From assembly GCA_902591485.1 (NCBI GenBank), contig CACJAV010000004.1, positions 28,502 to 92,501 on the forward strand: a stretch of 64,000 nucleotides of DNA, written 5' to 3'. The position numbers and the translations under genes were made by a program. This document shows positions 55,056 through 64,000 of this stretch, piece by piece. The notes beneath the pieces were generated by a model. It was given only the letters and a program-made list of their open reading frames with translations, searched no databases and had not been told where the DNA came from. Each line of letters starts with the position of its first letter. Within the stretch, counting starts at the first letter, position 1. The stretch comes from an uncultured Alphaproteobacteria bacterium (lineage in GTDB: Bacteria; Pseudomonadota; Alphaproteobacteria; HIMB59; GCA-002718135).

Positions 55056-55947
55056 GAGATATCTTCTTATTTATTCTTGCTAGTAGAGCTAGATAAAAAC
55101 CAGCAAATAAAGTTAACAACACCATTACAACAACAGCTCTAGCAGCACCTCTGCCAAACTTGTAGTTTCCTAATGCTTGTTTATATGTATCAATAATTAA
55201 TGTTGTAGTTGCACCTCTAGGGCCTCCTTCGGTTAAAATCCAAATAATTTCAAAAGAATTGAATGTCCAGATTGCTGATAAAATTGACATTGTAATTATT
55301 ACTGGTGTAATTTGAGGGAGTGTAATTTTGAAAAATCTATCCCACCTTGATGCACCATCACAATAGGCAGCTTCATACAAATCTTTAGGAACGCCTTGCA
55401 TTGCAGCTAGAAAAAATACGGTAACCATGGGTGTTCCAACCCATACATCAGATATAACTGTGGAGATAAAAGCACTTTGTTTGTAAGCAAGAAATCCATA
55501 CGGACCCTCTAAAATACCAGTATGCATTCCAATACCAGCAATAATGCCAAAATAACCATTGTAGAGCCACAACCAACCAAGCATACCTATCGCAATTGGC
55601 ACTACCCAAGGAGGCATGATCAAAACTCTAAACATTGATCGACCGCGTAAATTTGCATTCAATAAAATTGCACCAATCAGACCAATAAGTAATTTTAAAC
55701 TGACAGAAAAAAACATCCATACAAAAGTTCTTGTTACAATTTTATTAAACTTTTTACTGGAAAGCATTTTTTCATAATTTTCAAAACCTACATAATCTTC
55801 ACCAGCTAAACTAGAATTTGTAAAAGATAATCTTATCGTTTCAAGCACAGGCCAAGCAACAATTAGCAAAATATAAATTGCAGCAGGCGCGATAAGTGCA
55901 TAAGCTAAAAATGTTGGTGAATTAAAAGATCTAAGTTTTTTATTCAT
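55048..55947 (-). CDS. Sugar ABC permease, MalF-type
   Basis: 299 aa. The EAA loop is EAAYCDGASRWDRFFKITLP. Confidence 0.85.
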   Translation of the reverse strand: MNKKLRSFNSPTFLAYALIAPAAIYILLIVAWPVLETIRLSFTNSSLAGEDYVGFENYEKMLSSKKFNKIVTRTFVWMFFSVSLKLLIGLIGAILLNANLRGRSMFRVLIMPPWVVPIAIGMLGWLWLYNGYFGIIAGIGMHTGILEGPYGFLAYKQSAFISTVISDVWVGTPMVTVFFLAAMQGVPKDLYEAAYCDGASRWDRFFKITLPQITPVIITMSILSAIWTFNSFEIIWILTEGGPRGATTTLIIDTYKQALGNYKFGRGAARAVVVMVLLTLFAGFYLALLARINKKISHG

Positions 55948-57094
55948 TTCTATTTTTCATTTCCTCATCTAACTTATTCCAACTATTAGTTAAATCAATT
56001 ATTTTACCAGTTTTACGAGATTCATCTATTTTCATTGCAACTATTCCTGCTTCAATACAGTCTTTAACACCAACAGGTAATTTGATTGAAGAATTTAATA
56101 AATGATTGTTAATATCTTGTAACATAAGGTTGTCAGCTCCATAGTGTCCTTTTGATGCGCCAAAAGCAGCTCCATAATCCTCATCTAAAACTATGTTGTT
56201 TTTTTGATCATGAGCTTTTAAAAAACCTCTTACAAAATCTCCTTCAACCATCCCGTTAGTGCCAATAACAGCAAAGCGTCTGAATTCATCTGGTACGCGC
56301 ATATTCGTATGAAAAGCTAAAGTTGCTCCATTTTCATATTCTATGATAGCAACTTGATGATCAACAATATCAGCATCACTATCGAACACTTTTTTTTCTG
56401 ACTCCCATCCAAATAAATTATATTTGGAAAATTCCTCTAAATTATCACTTGGAGAATTTTTAGGAATAAATGAATTTCGTCCACCAAAACTTGCTACCTT
56501 TATTGGTCTACAACCCACTATCATGTTATAAAAATCTAAATCGTGACAACATTTTTCTAACATAAATCCGCCGGAGAATTTTTCTTTACGACGCCAATTA
56601 CGCATAAAAAAACCACCATGCCAAGGCATTATGTGCTCTGATGCTTCTATAGAAATAATATTTCCTAAAACATTTGTTTTTATTAATTCTCTGACTGATC
56701 TCGCATGTTGAGAATATCTTAAAACCAATCCCACCAAGACTTCGTTATGACCAAACTCTCCTAATAACTTTGCTAATTCAAATGATTGATCTTCATCAAC
56801 AACTATAGGTTTTTCTGCAAATATTTTTATACCAGAATTAAGCCCAACTTTAATATGTTCTAAATGTAAGTGATTTGGTGAACCAACCATCAACAAATCT
56901 AATTTTTCATTATTTAGCATCTCTTTTAAATTAGAATAATTTTTTGATGGAAAAAAGTTATGTTTTTCTGCATATTCTTTACCAATTGGTAAAGGGTCTA
57001 CATAAGAAATTAATTCTGCATTTTTATTTATTTGAGACAATTCATGGAAGACATGAGCAATTCTATTTCCTAATCCTACTGCGCCAATTTTCAT
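55940..57094 (-). CDS. Gfo/Idh/MocA-family NAD(P)-dependent oxidoreductase
   Basis: 384 aa with an N-terminal Rossmann segment (IGAVGLGNRIAH) and the EKP motif (FAEKPIV). Confidence 0.85.
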   Translation of the reverse strand: MKIGAVGLGNRIAHVFHELSQINKNAELISYVDPLPIGKEYAEKHNFFPSKNYSNLKEMLNNEKLDLLMVGSPNHLHLEHIKVGLNSGIKIFAEKPIVVDEDQSFELAKLLGEFGHNEVLVGLVLRYSQHARSVRELIKTNVLGNIISIEASEHIMPWHGGFFMRNWRRKEKFSGGFMLEKCCHDLDFYNMIVGCRPIKVASFGGRNSFIPKNSPSDNLEEFSKYNLFGWESEKKVFDSDADIVDHQVAIIEYENGATLAFHTNMRVPDEFRRFAVIGTNGMVEGDFVRGFLKAHDQKNNIVLDEDYGAAFGASKGHYGADNLMLQDINNHLLNSSIKLPVGVKDCIEAGIVAMKIDESRKTGKIIDLTNSWNKLDEEMKNRNE

Positions 57095-57123
57095 TTTATC
57101 TCACAAAAAAAATTATCATAATA

Positions 57124-58992
57124 CTAAAAATTATGAAAGTTCCAGCCCAATTTTGATAAATAATCTAAATTATGAAGTAATGATGACCTAAATTGAGCCC
57201 ATGATCTTTTTGCTTTTGAACACCATGCAATTTCAGCAAGAGCTGCAAGCCGAGGATTGATCATTTTATCAAAATAATCTTTATTTGTGATTGTTTCTGA
57301 CCAAAGCTGACCCTGAATACCTAACACATTATCTAAATCTGTAGTTGTGAAATCTTTTAGAGGCTCCCAATCAAAGACTTGTTTAACCTCTATAGTGGCT
57401 GCCCAACAAATTCCTCTTTCATACGTGGAATTATTATGGGCCATATCAAAATATGTTTTATGGCCGGGGCAAAGAACTGTTTTAAATCCTTTTTTTGCAG
57501 ACATTATCCCAACATCTGGATGCTCCCAAGCAAAAATAATACAAGATTTATCTATTTTACCTGCACTACCAGCAGAGCCTATATCATTATGAGGAGGTAA
57601 AGCTGCTTCATTCCACGCTGCTGTTAGTTTATTTGATTTTTTTAAAATATTTATAATAGTGTTCATGTATTCATCTTGTAATTCATCAAAAGAATCAATG
57701 CCGTTTTTTTTCATATATTCAATAACCTTTGGAGATCCTTCCCAAGACTCCTTAGGTCTCTCATCGACACCAACATGAATAATATTAAATGAAAAAATTT
57801 CACTTAATTCCTCTAAAATATCTTTTAAAAATTTATGAGTCTCCTTCACAGCAGGATTGATTGTATTATTTTGATAATTGCCAACATCTTCTGAAACTAT
57901 ATTAGAGCTTGAGTCTCTAAGCTCAGGCATCACCTGAAGCAATGTCCATGAGTGTGCTGGCAAATCTATTTCAGGCATTATTTCAATATTTTTATCTCTT
58001 GCATATTCGATTAATTCTAAGATTTGACTACGAGAATAATAACCTCCAGTTTTATTATATCCAGTTCCGTAGAATGGAGGAATTATTTCATTATATCCTC
58101 TATATGCTCCAACTTTTGTTAAGTTTGGATAACATTCTAACTCAACTCTCCAAGCCTCATTGTCAGTTAGATGCCAATGAAAACGATTTAATTTGAAAAA
58201 GCACATGTAGTCCATAAGTCTTTTTATTTCATCAATTGTATAAAATTGCCTTGCACAATCCAAATGCATTCCTCTCCAATTTAAAGAGGGCTTGTCCTCT
58301 ATTGAACAAATTGGGAGATATGTTTTATAAAAAATAATTAGCTGAATAAGAGTAATAATAGAATATAATTTGCCTCCATAATCAGAATACTCAATTGAAA
58401 TAAATTCTTTTTTAATATTAATTTTATATTCTTCAGATTTTAAATTTTGTCTTTTAAAAACAATAGAATAACCTGATGATGTATTAAATTTTATATTAGA
58501 TGCATAAAATATATTTTTTAAGTTATCAAAAAAATTTTTTTCATCTGTAGGAATTTTAAAATTTAAATCTTTGATTGGAATAGTTTCTTTTTCTAATTTT
58601 AATAAATTAGGTAATGGAATTACTGGATCAAATTTTTTATCTTTTTCATCTGTATAGACTATTGGATCAATTGGATTTTCAAATTTAAGAGGAATGATTT
58701 TGCATTCTACTTTGTGATCATTTTTATCGAGAACAAATAAACCCTCAGGACCACAAGAGAGATTATAGGAACCAATTCTTGGTTCTTGTAGAGTCAAAAA
58801 AATTTCATCTTCCTGAGAATAAATTTCATAATAACGACCAACTTTCTTAGATATATTTGCGCCACTTATATCTTGAATAGAATAAACTAAAGAAAAACAG
58901 ATTTTAAAATCACCGTGTACATATTGATTATTAATAATCTGAATTTTTAATTTATTATTTTGAGTAAAAATTAACTGTATTTCCATAATCAA
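57124..58992 (-). CDS. Glycoside hydrolase family 20 beta-N-acetylhexosaminidase, cytoplasmic (no signal peptide)
   Basis: 622 aa. RGMHLDCARQF, NRFHWHLTDNEAWR, HVGVDE (catalytic D-E) and LWSE motifs are present. Confidence 0.85.
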   Translation of the reverse strand: MIMEIQLIFTQNNKLKIQIINNQYVHGDFKICFSLVYSIQDISGANISKKVGRYYEIYSQEDEIFLTLQEPRIGSYNLSCGPEGLFVLDKNDHKVECKIIPLKFENPIDPIVYTDEKDKKFDPVIPLPNLLKLEKETIPIKDLNFKIPTDEKNFFDNLKNIFYASNIKFNTSSGYSIVFKRQNLKSEEYKINIKKEFISIEYSDYGGKLYSIITLIQLIIFYKTYLPICSIEDKPSLNWRGMHLDCARQFYTIDEIKRLMDYMCFFKLNRFHWHLTDNEAWRVELECYPNLTKVGAYRGYNEIIPPFYGTGYNKTGGYYSRSQILELIEYARDKNIEIMPEIDLPAHSWTLLQVMPELRDSSSNIVSEDVGNYQNNTINPAVKETHKFLKDILEELSEIFSFNIIHVGVDERPKESWEGSPKVIEYMKKNGIDSFDELQDEYMNTIINILKKSNKLTAAWNEAALPPHNDIGSAGSAGKIDKSCIIFAWEHPDVGIMSAKKGFKTVLCPGHKTYFDMAHNNSTYERGICWAATIEVKQVFDWEPLKDFTTTDLDNVLGIQGQLWSETITNKDYFDKMINPRLAALAEIAWCSKAKRSWAQFRSSLLHNLDYLSKLGWNFHNF

Positions 58993-59014
58993 TAATTTAT
59001 ATATTTAGATTATC

Positions 59015-60082
59015 ATGGGTTTTAAAGAACTATTTAAAGTAGATTTTTCAGCTTCTTGTAGTGCGCATGCAAGAGTCAATTTAATAGGTGAACATACCGA
59101 TTATACTGGTGGATTTGTATTGCCCTCTCTATTAAATTTTCAAACAACTATTCAAATTGATAAAAATGATACAAAAGAGTATCAGGTATATTCTGAAAAT
59201 TTTAATGAAATAAAAAAATTTAATGATTTTATAAAATCAAAAAATAATGATTGGATTGATTATATAAAAGGATGTCTTTTTGTTTTTTACGATGAGAATA
59301 AACACATACCAAATACTCATTTAAACGTTTACATATCTTCAACTATTCCAATGGGAAGAGGTATTTCTTCATCTTCAGCTCTTTGTGTTAGTTTTTTAAA
59401 ATCATTAAATAGTTTTTTTAATACAAATTTTTCTGACAAACATATCGCCATTCTAGCTCAAAAAGTTGAACGAAATTACATAGGTGTTTCCGGAGGAATA
59501 ATGGATCAAATGGTATCTGCAATAGGTATACATCGTAAAGCTTTTTTTTTGGATTGCTTAAGTTTAAAATTTGAATTGATAGCTCTTCCCACTGATTGGG
59601 TTTTTTGCTTAGTAGACTCAGCAGTGCAGCGCAATCTAAGAGAAAGTGCATATAACGAGAGATACAATCAACTTAAAAAAGCTGAAGAATACCTTGGGGC
59701 AGAATATTTGGGTTCAATTAAACCTGAGCAATTTGATGAAAATAAAATTAATGATGAATTAATCTTAAAAAGAGCAAGACATGTTATTACCGAAAATGCT
59801 AGGGTGCTTGAAGCAAAAGAATGCATAATAAATGGTGATATTAAATCGTTTGGAAATTTAATGAATGAAAGTCATCAATCATACGCAAAAGATTTTGAAG
59901 CATCAACTGAAGATGTTGATTTAATAGTTGCAAAATCAATAACATCTGGAGCGGAAGGAGCTAGATTGACTGGTGGAGGTTTTGGAGGTTTTACAGTATC
60001 ATTAATACATAAAAATAAATTTGATGAATGGAAAAAAAATATGAAAAAATTTTATAATGAAAAAAATATATTTGAAATGTAA
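59015..60082 (+). CDS. galK: Galactokinase-family GHMP sugar 1-kinase
   Basis: 355 aa. RVNLIGEHTDYTGG is the galactokinase signature, PMGRGISSSSAL is the GHMP motif, and GGGFGG is present. Confidence 0.85.
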   Translation: MGFKELFKVDFSASCSAHARVNLIGEHTDYTGGFVLPSLLNFQTTIQIDKNDTKEYQVYSENFNEIKKFNDFIKSKNNDWIDYIKGCLFVFYDENKHIPNTHLNVYISSTIPMGRGISSSSALCVSFLKSLNSFFNTNFSDKHIAILAQKVERNYIGVSGGIMDQMVSAIGIHRKAFFLDCLSLKFELIALPTDWVFCLVDSAVQRNLRESAYNERYNQLKKAEEYLGAEYLGSIKPEQFDENKINDELILKRARHVITENARVLEAKECIINGDIKSFGNLMNESHQSYAKDFEASTEDVDLIVAKSITSGAEGARLTGGGFGGFTVSLIHKNKFDEWKKNMKKFYNEKNIFEM

Positions 60083-61554
60083 TGCAAAAATTTAAAAATT
60101 ATATCAATGGAGAATTTGTTAATTCAAAGTCAGGTTCTTCGTTTAAATCAATCGATCCATCAAATGAAAAAGAATTTGCAGAAATTAATCTTGCTGAAGA
60201 GTTTGAAGTAAATTCCGCTGTTGAAGCAGCTTACAAAGCATTTCATGGAGAATGGTCAAAAATATTACCTTCTAAAAGAGCACAGTATTTAAGAGCAATT
60301 GGTGATCAGTTAAAAGATAAAGCTGAACTGCTAGGAACGATTGAAACAAAAGATACTGGTAAATTATTTAAAGAAACAAAGTTTCAAGCAAATTACATAG
60401 CTGAGTATTATTACTACTATGCAGGTTTAGTTGATAAAATAGAAGGCTCAACACTTCCAATAGACAAGGAAGATATGCATGTTTTTACTACAAGAGTACC
60501 TGTTGGTGTTATTGCTGCAATCATACCCTGGAATTCTCAAATGTTTCTAACTGCAGTTAAACTAGCACCAGCTTTAGCAATGGGCAACACCATAGTAATT
60601 AAAGCATCAGAAATTGCTCCTACTCCATTATTAGAATTTTCCAAATTAATTGACAAAGTTGGACTGCCAAAAGGGGTTGTAAATATAATAACTGGTTATG
60701 CAGATACGTGCAGTAAAATACTTACTTCACATCCTAAAATTAATAAAATTGCTTTTACAGGTGGCGTTCATACAGCAAAACATATTGTAAAAAATTCTGC
60801 AGAAAATTTATCTCAAGTATCTCTTGAGCTTGGAGGGAAAAGTCCAGTAGTTGTCTTTAATGATGCGCGCAAAGACAATGCGATAAATGGAATTATGGCA
60901 AGTATTTTTGGTGCAGGTGGCCAAAGCTGCATTGCGGGCTCAAGACTTTATTTGCAAAAAAATATATACGAAGAATATATTGAAGAGTTAAAAACTAAAG
61001 CCGAAGCAATTAAAATAGGTGACCCCATGTCCACTACAACGCAATTAGGACCTTTGGCTACTTTAAATCAATTACAAAACATAGAAGATAAAATCAAACA
61101 AACCGTAGAACAAGGGGGTAGAATAATAACTGGCGGGAATAGAGTAAATGATTTTAAAAATGGTTTTTATTTTGAGCCTACCATCATAGCATGTGATCAT
61201 CATAGTTTGCCTGCAGCAGAGAATGAGTTATTTGGTCCTGTTTTATCAGTAATGAAATTTACCGATGAAGATGAAGCAATTAAGTTGATGAATGATAATA
61301 CTTTTGGCTTAGCAGCAGGAATCTTTACTGAAAACAATGGGATTGCAATGAGAGTGTCTAAAGCTGTTCAAGCAGGAGTTGTTTTTGTGAATACTTACAG
61401 ATTAATTTCGCCCATGGCTCCTTTTGGTGGCTTTAAAAATAGTGGGTATGGGAGAGAGTCAGGAATTGAAGTGATGAAAGATTATTCTAATATTAAAACT
61501 ACTTGGATTAGTACTTCAAAAGAGCCTTTAAGTGATCCCTTCAATTTGCGTTGA
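60082..61554 (+). CDS. NAD(P)-dependent aldehyde dehydrogenase
   Basis: 490 aa. ELGGKSP and GQSCIAGSR (catalytic Cys) are present. A TAATG overlap joins it to galK. Confidence 0.9.
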   Translation: MQKFKNYINGEFVNSKSGSSFKSIDPSNEKEFAEINLAEEFEVNSAVEAAYKAFHGEWSKILPSKRAQYLRAIGDQLKDKAELLGTIETKDTGKLFKETKFQANYIAEYYYYYAGLVDKIEGSTLPIDKEDMHVFTTRVPVGVIAAIIPWNSQMFLTAVKLAPALAMGNTIVIKASEIAPTPLLEFSKLIDKVGLPKGVVNIITGYADTCSKILTSHPKINKIAFTGGVHTAKHIVKNSAENLSQVSLELGGKSPVVVFNDARKDNAINGIMASIFGAGGQSCIAGSRLYLQKNIYEEYIEELKTKAEAIKIGDPMSTTTQLGPLATLNQLQNIEDKIKQTVEQGGRIITGGNRVNDFKNGFYFEPTIIACDHHSLPAAENELFGPVLSVMKFTDEDEAIKLMNDNTFGLAAGIFTENNGIAMRVSKAVQAGVVFVNTYRLISPMAPFGGFKNSGYGRESGIEVMKDYSNIKTTWISTSKEPLSDPFNLR

Positions 61555-61557
61555 TAA

Positions 61558-62730
61558 ATGAATTCTGAAACTAATATCAAAAAAGGTTTTGCAGATGAAG
61601 AATTTGAAAATCGAACCCTTCGTGCTCAAGAAATTATGCATGAGTACGAATTAGATGGTATTTTATTAACCACCCCACAAAATATTAGATACTTTACTGG
61701 ATATGATTCTCAATTCTGGGAGAGTCCTACACGTCCTTGGTTTGTTATTGTGCCATTATCAGGAAAGCCAATTGCCATTGTTCCAGAAATTGGTGAGTCT
61801 GAATTTAAGAAAACGTGGTTAGATGAAATTAAAACTTGGCCATCTCCTAGACCTGAAGATGAAGGTGTTAGTTTATTAAAATCAAATCTAGAAAATGTAA
61901 AAAAAACTTTTGGACAAATTGGGTTAGAATTAGGGAGTGAAATGGCACTAAGAATGCCGATAAGTGACTTCTTGAAATTAAAAGAAGTTGTTGGCACTAA
62001 TTTAGTGGATGGATCAAATGCTATTTGGGATATGCGCATGATTAAAACTAATGAAGAATTAAAAAAAATTAAATTTGTCTGCTCAATAGCAAGTGATGCA
62101 TATAATGTATTACCATCAACTCTCTCTATTGGAAATACGGAGAGAGAAGCAGTTCATAAATTAAAAATTGATATTCTAAACAGAGGTGCTGACAGCGTGC
62201 CCTTCATGCCTGGAATTTCTGGTCAAGGAGGTGTTTCACAAATTGTCTGCGGACCTACCGATCGCATACTAGACGATGGTGATATTCTTTTTATAGATAC
62301 GGGGTCTACTTTTGATGGATATTTTTGCGATTTTGATAGAAATTATGCGTTCGGGAGAGTAGCTAGTGATGTTGAAAAAGTATATCAGATTTTATGGCAA
62401 GCTACGGAAATAGGTATTAAAACGGCAATTCCAGGAGCTACTACGAATGACATTTTCAATGCGATGAATAAAGTGATTCAAGATGGTGGAACAATAGGAA
62501 ATAATGTTGGAAGATTAGGTCATGGTCTTGGCCTACAACTTACGGAGCCGCCTTCACATCGATTAGGGGAAAAAACAGTAATAAAAGAGAATATGGTTTT
62601 AACTATTGAGCCTGCTATGGAATATGCTCCAGGCAAAATGATTGTTCATGAAGAGAATATAATAATCCAACAAGATGGTGCTGAATTAATTACCAAAAGA
62701 GCGCCTAAAGAAATCCCGGTGATCAAATAA
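61558..62730 (+). CDS. M24-family metallohydrolase (Xaa-Pro peptidase / creatinase / ectoine-hydrolase-like)
   Basis: 390 aa with a creatinase-like N-domain. The pita-bread metal ligands are DFDRNY, HGLG, EP and HEEN. Confidence 0.8.
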   Translation: MNSETNIKKGFADEEFENRTLRAQEIMHEYELDGILLTTPQNIRYFTGYDSQFWESPTRPWFVIVPLSGKPIAIVPEIGESEFKKTWLDEIKTWPSPRPEDEGVSLLKSNLENVKKTFGQIGLELGSEMALRMPISDFLKLKEVVGTNLVDGSNAIWDMRMIKTNEELKKIKFVCSIASDAYNVLPSTLSIGNTEREAVHKLKIDILNRGADSVPFMPGISGQGGVSQIVCGPTDRILDDGDILFIDTGSTFDGYFCDFDRNYAFGRVASDVEKVYQILWQATEIGIKTAIPGATTNDIFNAMNKVIQDGGTIGNNVGRLGHGLGLQLTEPPSHRLGEKTVIKENMVLTIEPAMEYAPGKMIVHEENIIIQQDGAELITKRAPKEIPVIK

Positions 62731-62732
62731 AC

Positions 62733-63824
62733 TTATAAATTTGATTTTAATCTTCTTAATTTTCCTTCAGTTGAGTCATGATCAATATAACAACCCTGTA
62801 AGTGCCTAAATCCTGTATTAACATCATACTCAGTTCTGCCATGTAAAACTCTGATATTATCAAACATCATTAACATCCCACTCTCCAAACGAAAATTTAA
62901 CTCAAACTCTTCTGACTCATATAAATAATATAATTTTTTTCTTGCGGCATAAAAACTTTCTAATTGCTCTGGTTCTAAGTAAGGAACATAATCTAAACGA
63001 CCACTAAATCTACTTTGTACATAATTACCACTATCATCTAATTCAATTAACTTACCATAATTTTCAAGAATAATATCCTGATCTACAAACTTAAATAATA
63101 CATTTGTAGTTGTAAGAATTTCATACATCTCAGGCTCTTCTTTTTTTAGATGTTCAGCCACAGCATATCCATCTACTAGAGAAGAATCCCCTCCCTTCGC
63201 CTCATTAGCTATACAATGTAATATTTGAATTCCTGGCATAGGTTTTCTGTATGGATTATCAGTATGAGCTTTAATCCCAAGACTTGTATATGCCAAATCA
63301 TTAGCTTTTGGTTTTGACACAACGTCAAAATGCTTTCCAAAATTAGTTGTTCTTACAGGACCAAACATTTCAGCAAATTTAATTACTGTTCCCTCTTCGG
63401 CAGAGGTATTTTTAACAATAACAAAACCGAGTTCTTGAAAATCAATCAGTAATTTTGAAATATATTTTTCTTCACTTAAATTATTAAAATCATAAATAGG
63501 TAATTCTTTAAATTCATTTTTCCAAGATTTTTTCTTAGGAATAATATCTTTAGACTTTAATTCTTCATTTAATTTATCTAATGAAAAAATTCCATTTGAA
63601 TTATCAGTAAACTCAACTTTTAAAATATTATCTTCAATAAAATATTTTTGAAATTTAATTTCAGGATCCAAGAGTGAGGGCTCATATAATCTTTGATAAT
63701 TATTTTGATCTAAATATTTTTCAGTGTTTAATCTTTCTCTCAACCAAAGCGGGTGGATACTAAAGTTTTTTAAATCACTATGATCTATGTTTAAACAACC
63801 TTTTTCATCCAAAGAAATTTTCAT
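62733..63824 (-). CDS. Fe(II)/2-oxoglutarate dioxygenase, gamma-butyrobetaine hydroxylase / TauD family
   Basis: 363 aa with an N-terminal DUF971-like segment (HPLWLRERL). HTDNPY is the HxD motif, followed by VLHGR. Confidence 0.8.
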   Translation of the reverse strand: MKISLDEKGCLNIDHSDLKNFSIHPLWLRERLNTEKYLDQNNYQRLYEPSLLDPEIKFQKYFIEDNILKVEFTDNSNGIFSLDKLNEELKSKDIIPKKKSWKNEFKELPIYDFNNLSEEKYISKLLIDFQELGFVIVKNTSAEEGTVIKFAEMFGPVRTTNFGKHFDVVSKPKANDLAYTSLGIKAHTDNPYRKPMPGIQILHCIANEAKGGDSSLVDGYAVAEHLKKEEPEMYEILTTTNVLFKFVDQDIILENYGKLIELDDSGNYVQSRFSGRLDYVPYLEPEQLESFYAARKKLYYLYESEEFELNFRLESGMLMMFDNIRVLHGRTEYDVNTGFRHLQGCYIDHDSTEGKLRRLKSNL

Positions 63825-63865
63825 AAAAAAAATATATTAAAAAATTCTAATTCTGCAATTATTAT

Positions 63866-64000
63866 TTACTTCCTTGTCTCTAAAATCATGTAAATTAATA
63901 CCGAAGAAAGCAGCATTGTACCTCCTAGAATTGTATTTAATGATGGAGCTTCATTTATAATTATCCATACCCAAGCAGTTCCAAAAACACTCTCAAGAAG
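63866..64000 (-). CDS. EamA/DMT-family transporter, C-terminal 44 codons (5' part beyond the window end)
   Basis: Hand translation gives LLESVFGTAWVWIIINEAPSLNTILGGTMLLSSVLIYMILETRK*, typical of the last EamA helices. Confidence 0.55.
   Translation of the reverse strand, partial: LLESVFGTAWVWIIINEAPSLNTILGGTMLLSSVLIYMILETRK

Noticed and set aside
1132-62039. Many 60-143-aa ORFs in the supplied track lie antisense to or inside longer genes. Examples are 1132-1335, 1518-1721, 3130-3348, 4585-4803, 4831-5082, 5242-5424, 6991-7275, 8684-8872, 11237-11554, 11735-11929, 14696-14896, 15042-15269, 15384-15650, 16970-17194, 17245-17460, 17974-18162, 18236-18439, 19965-20228, 25188-25403, 25819-26019, 27337-27681, 28465-28662, 30093-30524, 31031-31267, 32379-32729, 41585-41845, 43738-43926, 44122-44355, 48748-48957, 50172-50498, 52384-52590, 53736-53927, 56944-57156, 57347-57600, 57942-58196, 59418-59651 and 61710-62039.
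   Set aside because: Each is fully embedded in, or mostly overlaps, a longer ORF with clear family motifs on the other strand or frame. Their translations are low-complexity or hydrophobic nonsense with no recognisable motifs and no ribosome-binding signals. They are treated as shadow ORFs.
1-64000. Search for CRISPR arrays, rRNA genes, insertion sequences, prophage, toxin-antitoxin or known defence-system genes.
   Set aside because: No regularly spaced direct repeats were seen. No ORF has a transposase, integrase, Cas, restriction or toxin-like motif that I could recognise. The only extended DNA repeats are the two intragenic permease tracts reported above.

Overview
This window is AT-rich (roughly 30% GC by eye, not computed) and very gene-dense. 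I call about 70 protein genes and one tRNA. I found no rRNA, CRISPR array, transposase, integrase or phage genes. Adjacent genes often share start and stop codons (ATGA, TAATG and 8-nt ATGnnTAA overlaps), and most convergent gene pairs overlap at their stop codons. This style fits a streamlined marine alphaproteobacterium (Pelagibacterales-like), but that is an inference I cannot verify without a database search.

Layout:
- 1-25.5 kb is mostly housekeeping: hisD/hisG, murA, a photolyase homolog, an MntR-type regulator with a divergent transporter, an ABC-F ATPase, tRNA-Thr, pdxJ, clpS/clpA, a DD-carboxypeptidase, PMM/PGM and ugd.
- 25.7-63.8 kb is a run of solute uptake and catabolic loci:
  - a LacI-controlled alpha-glucoside-type ABC system with a GH4 hydrolase;
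  - a C-terminally short glpD next to ugpB-ugpA-ugpE-ugpE'-ugpC;
  - a luciferase-like monooxygenase / ThDP enzyme / alpha-beta hydrolase operon behind a GC-rich leader;
  - a 12-gene minus-strand amino-sugar locus: GH20, Gfo/Idh/MocA, three ABC permeases, a binding protein, two SIS proteins, NagA, a GMC oxidoreductase, an enolase-superfamily enzyme and a Cys-rich miniprotein;
  - galK, an aldehyde dehydrogenase, an M24 hydrolase and a butyrobetaine-hydroxylase-like dioxygenase.

Most noteworthy observations:
- Two unrelated ABC importers each carry a tandem duplicate of the MalG/UgpE-type permease. Each pair contains a perfectly identical DNA tract (239 bp and 53 bp) centred on the EAA loop.
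- The amino-sugar locus has no ATPase and no obvious GlcNAc kinase.
- Two perfect 18-bp LacI-type palindromes sit at one promoter, with related sites at two other positions.
- The photolyase homolog appears to lack its Fe-S cysteines.
- Four small ORFs fall below the ORF-track cutoff.
- There are two unexplained structured or GC-rich non-coding segments.

All functional calls rest on motif recognition by eye. No searches were run.
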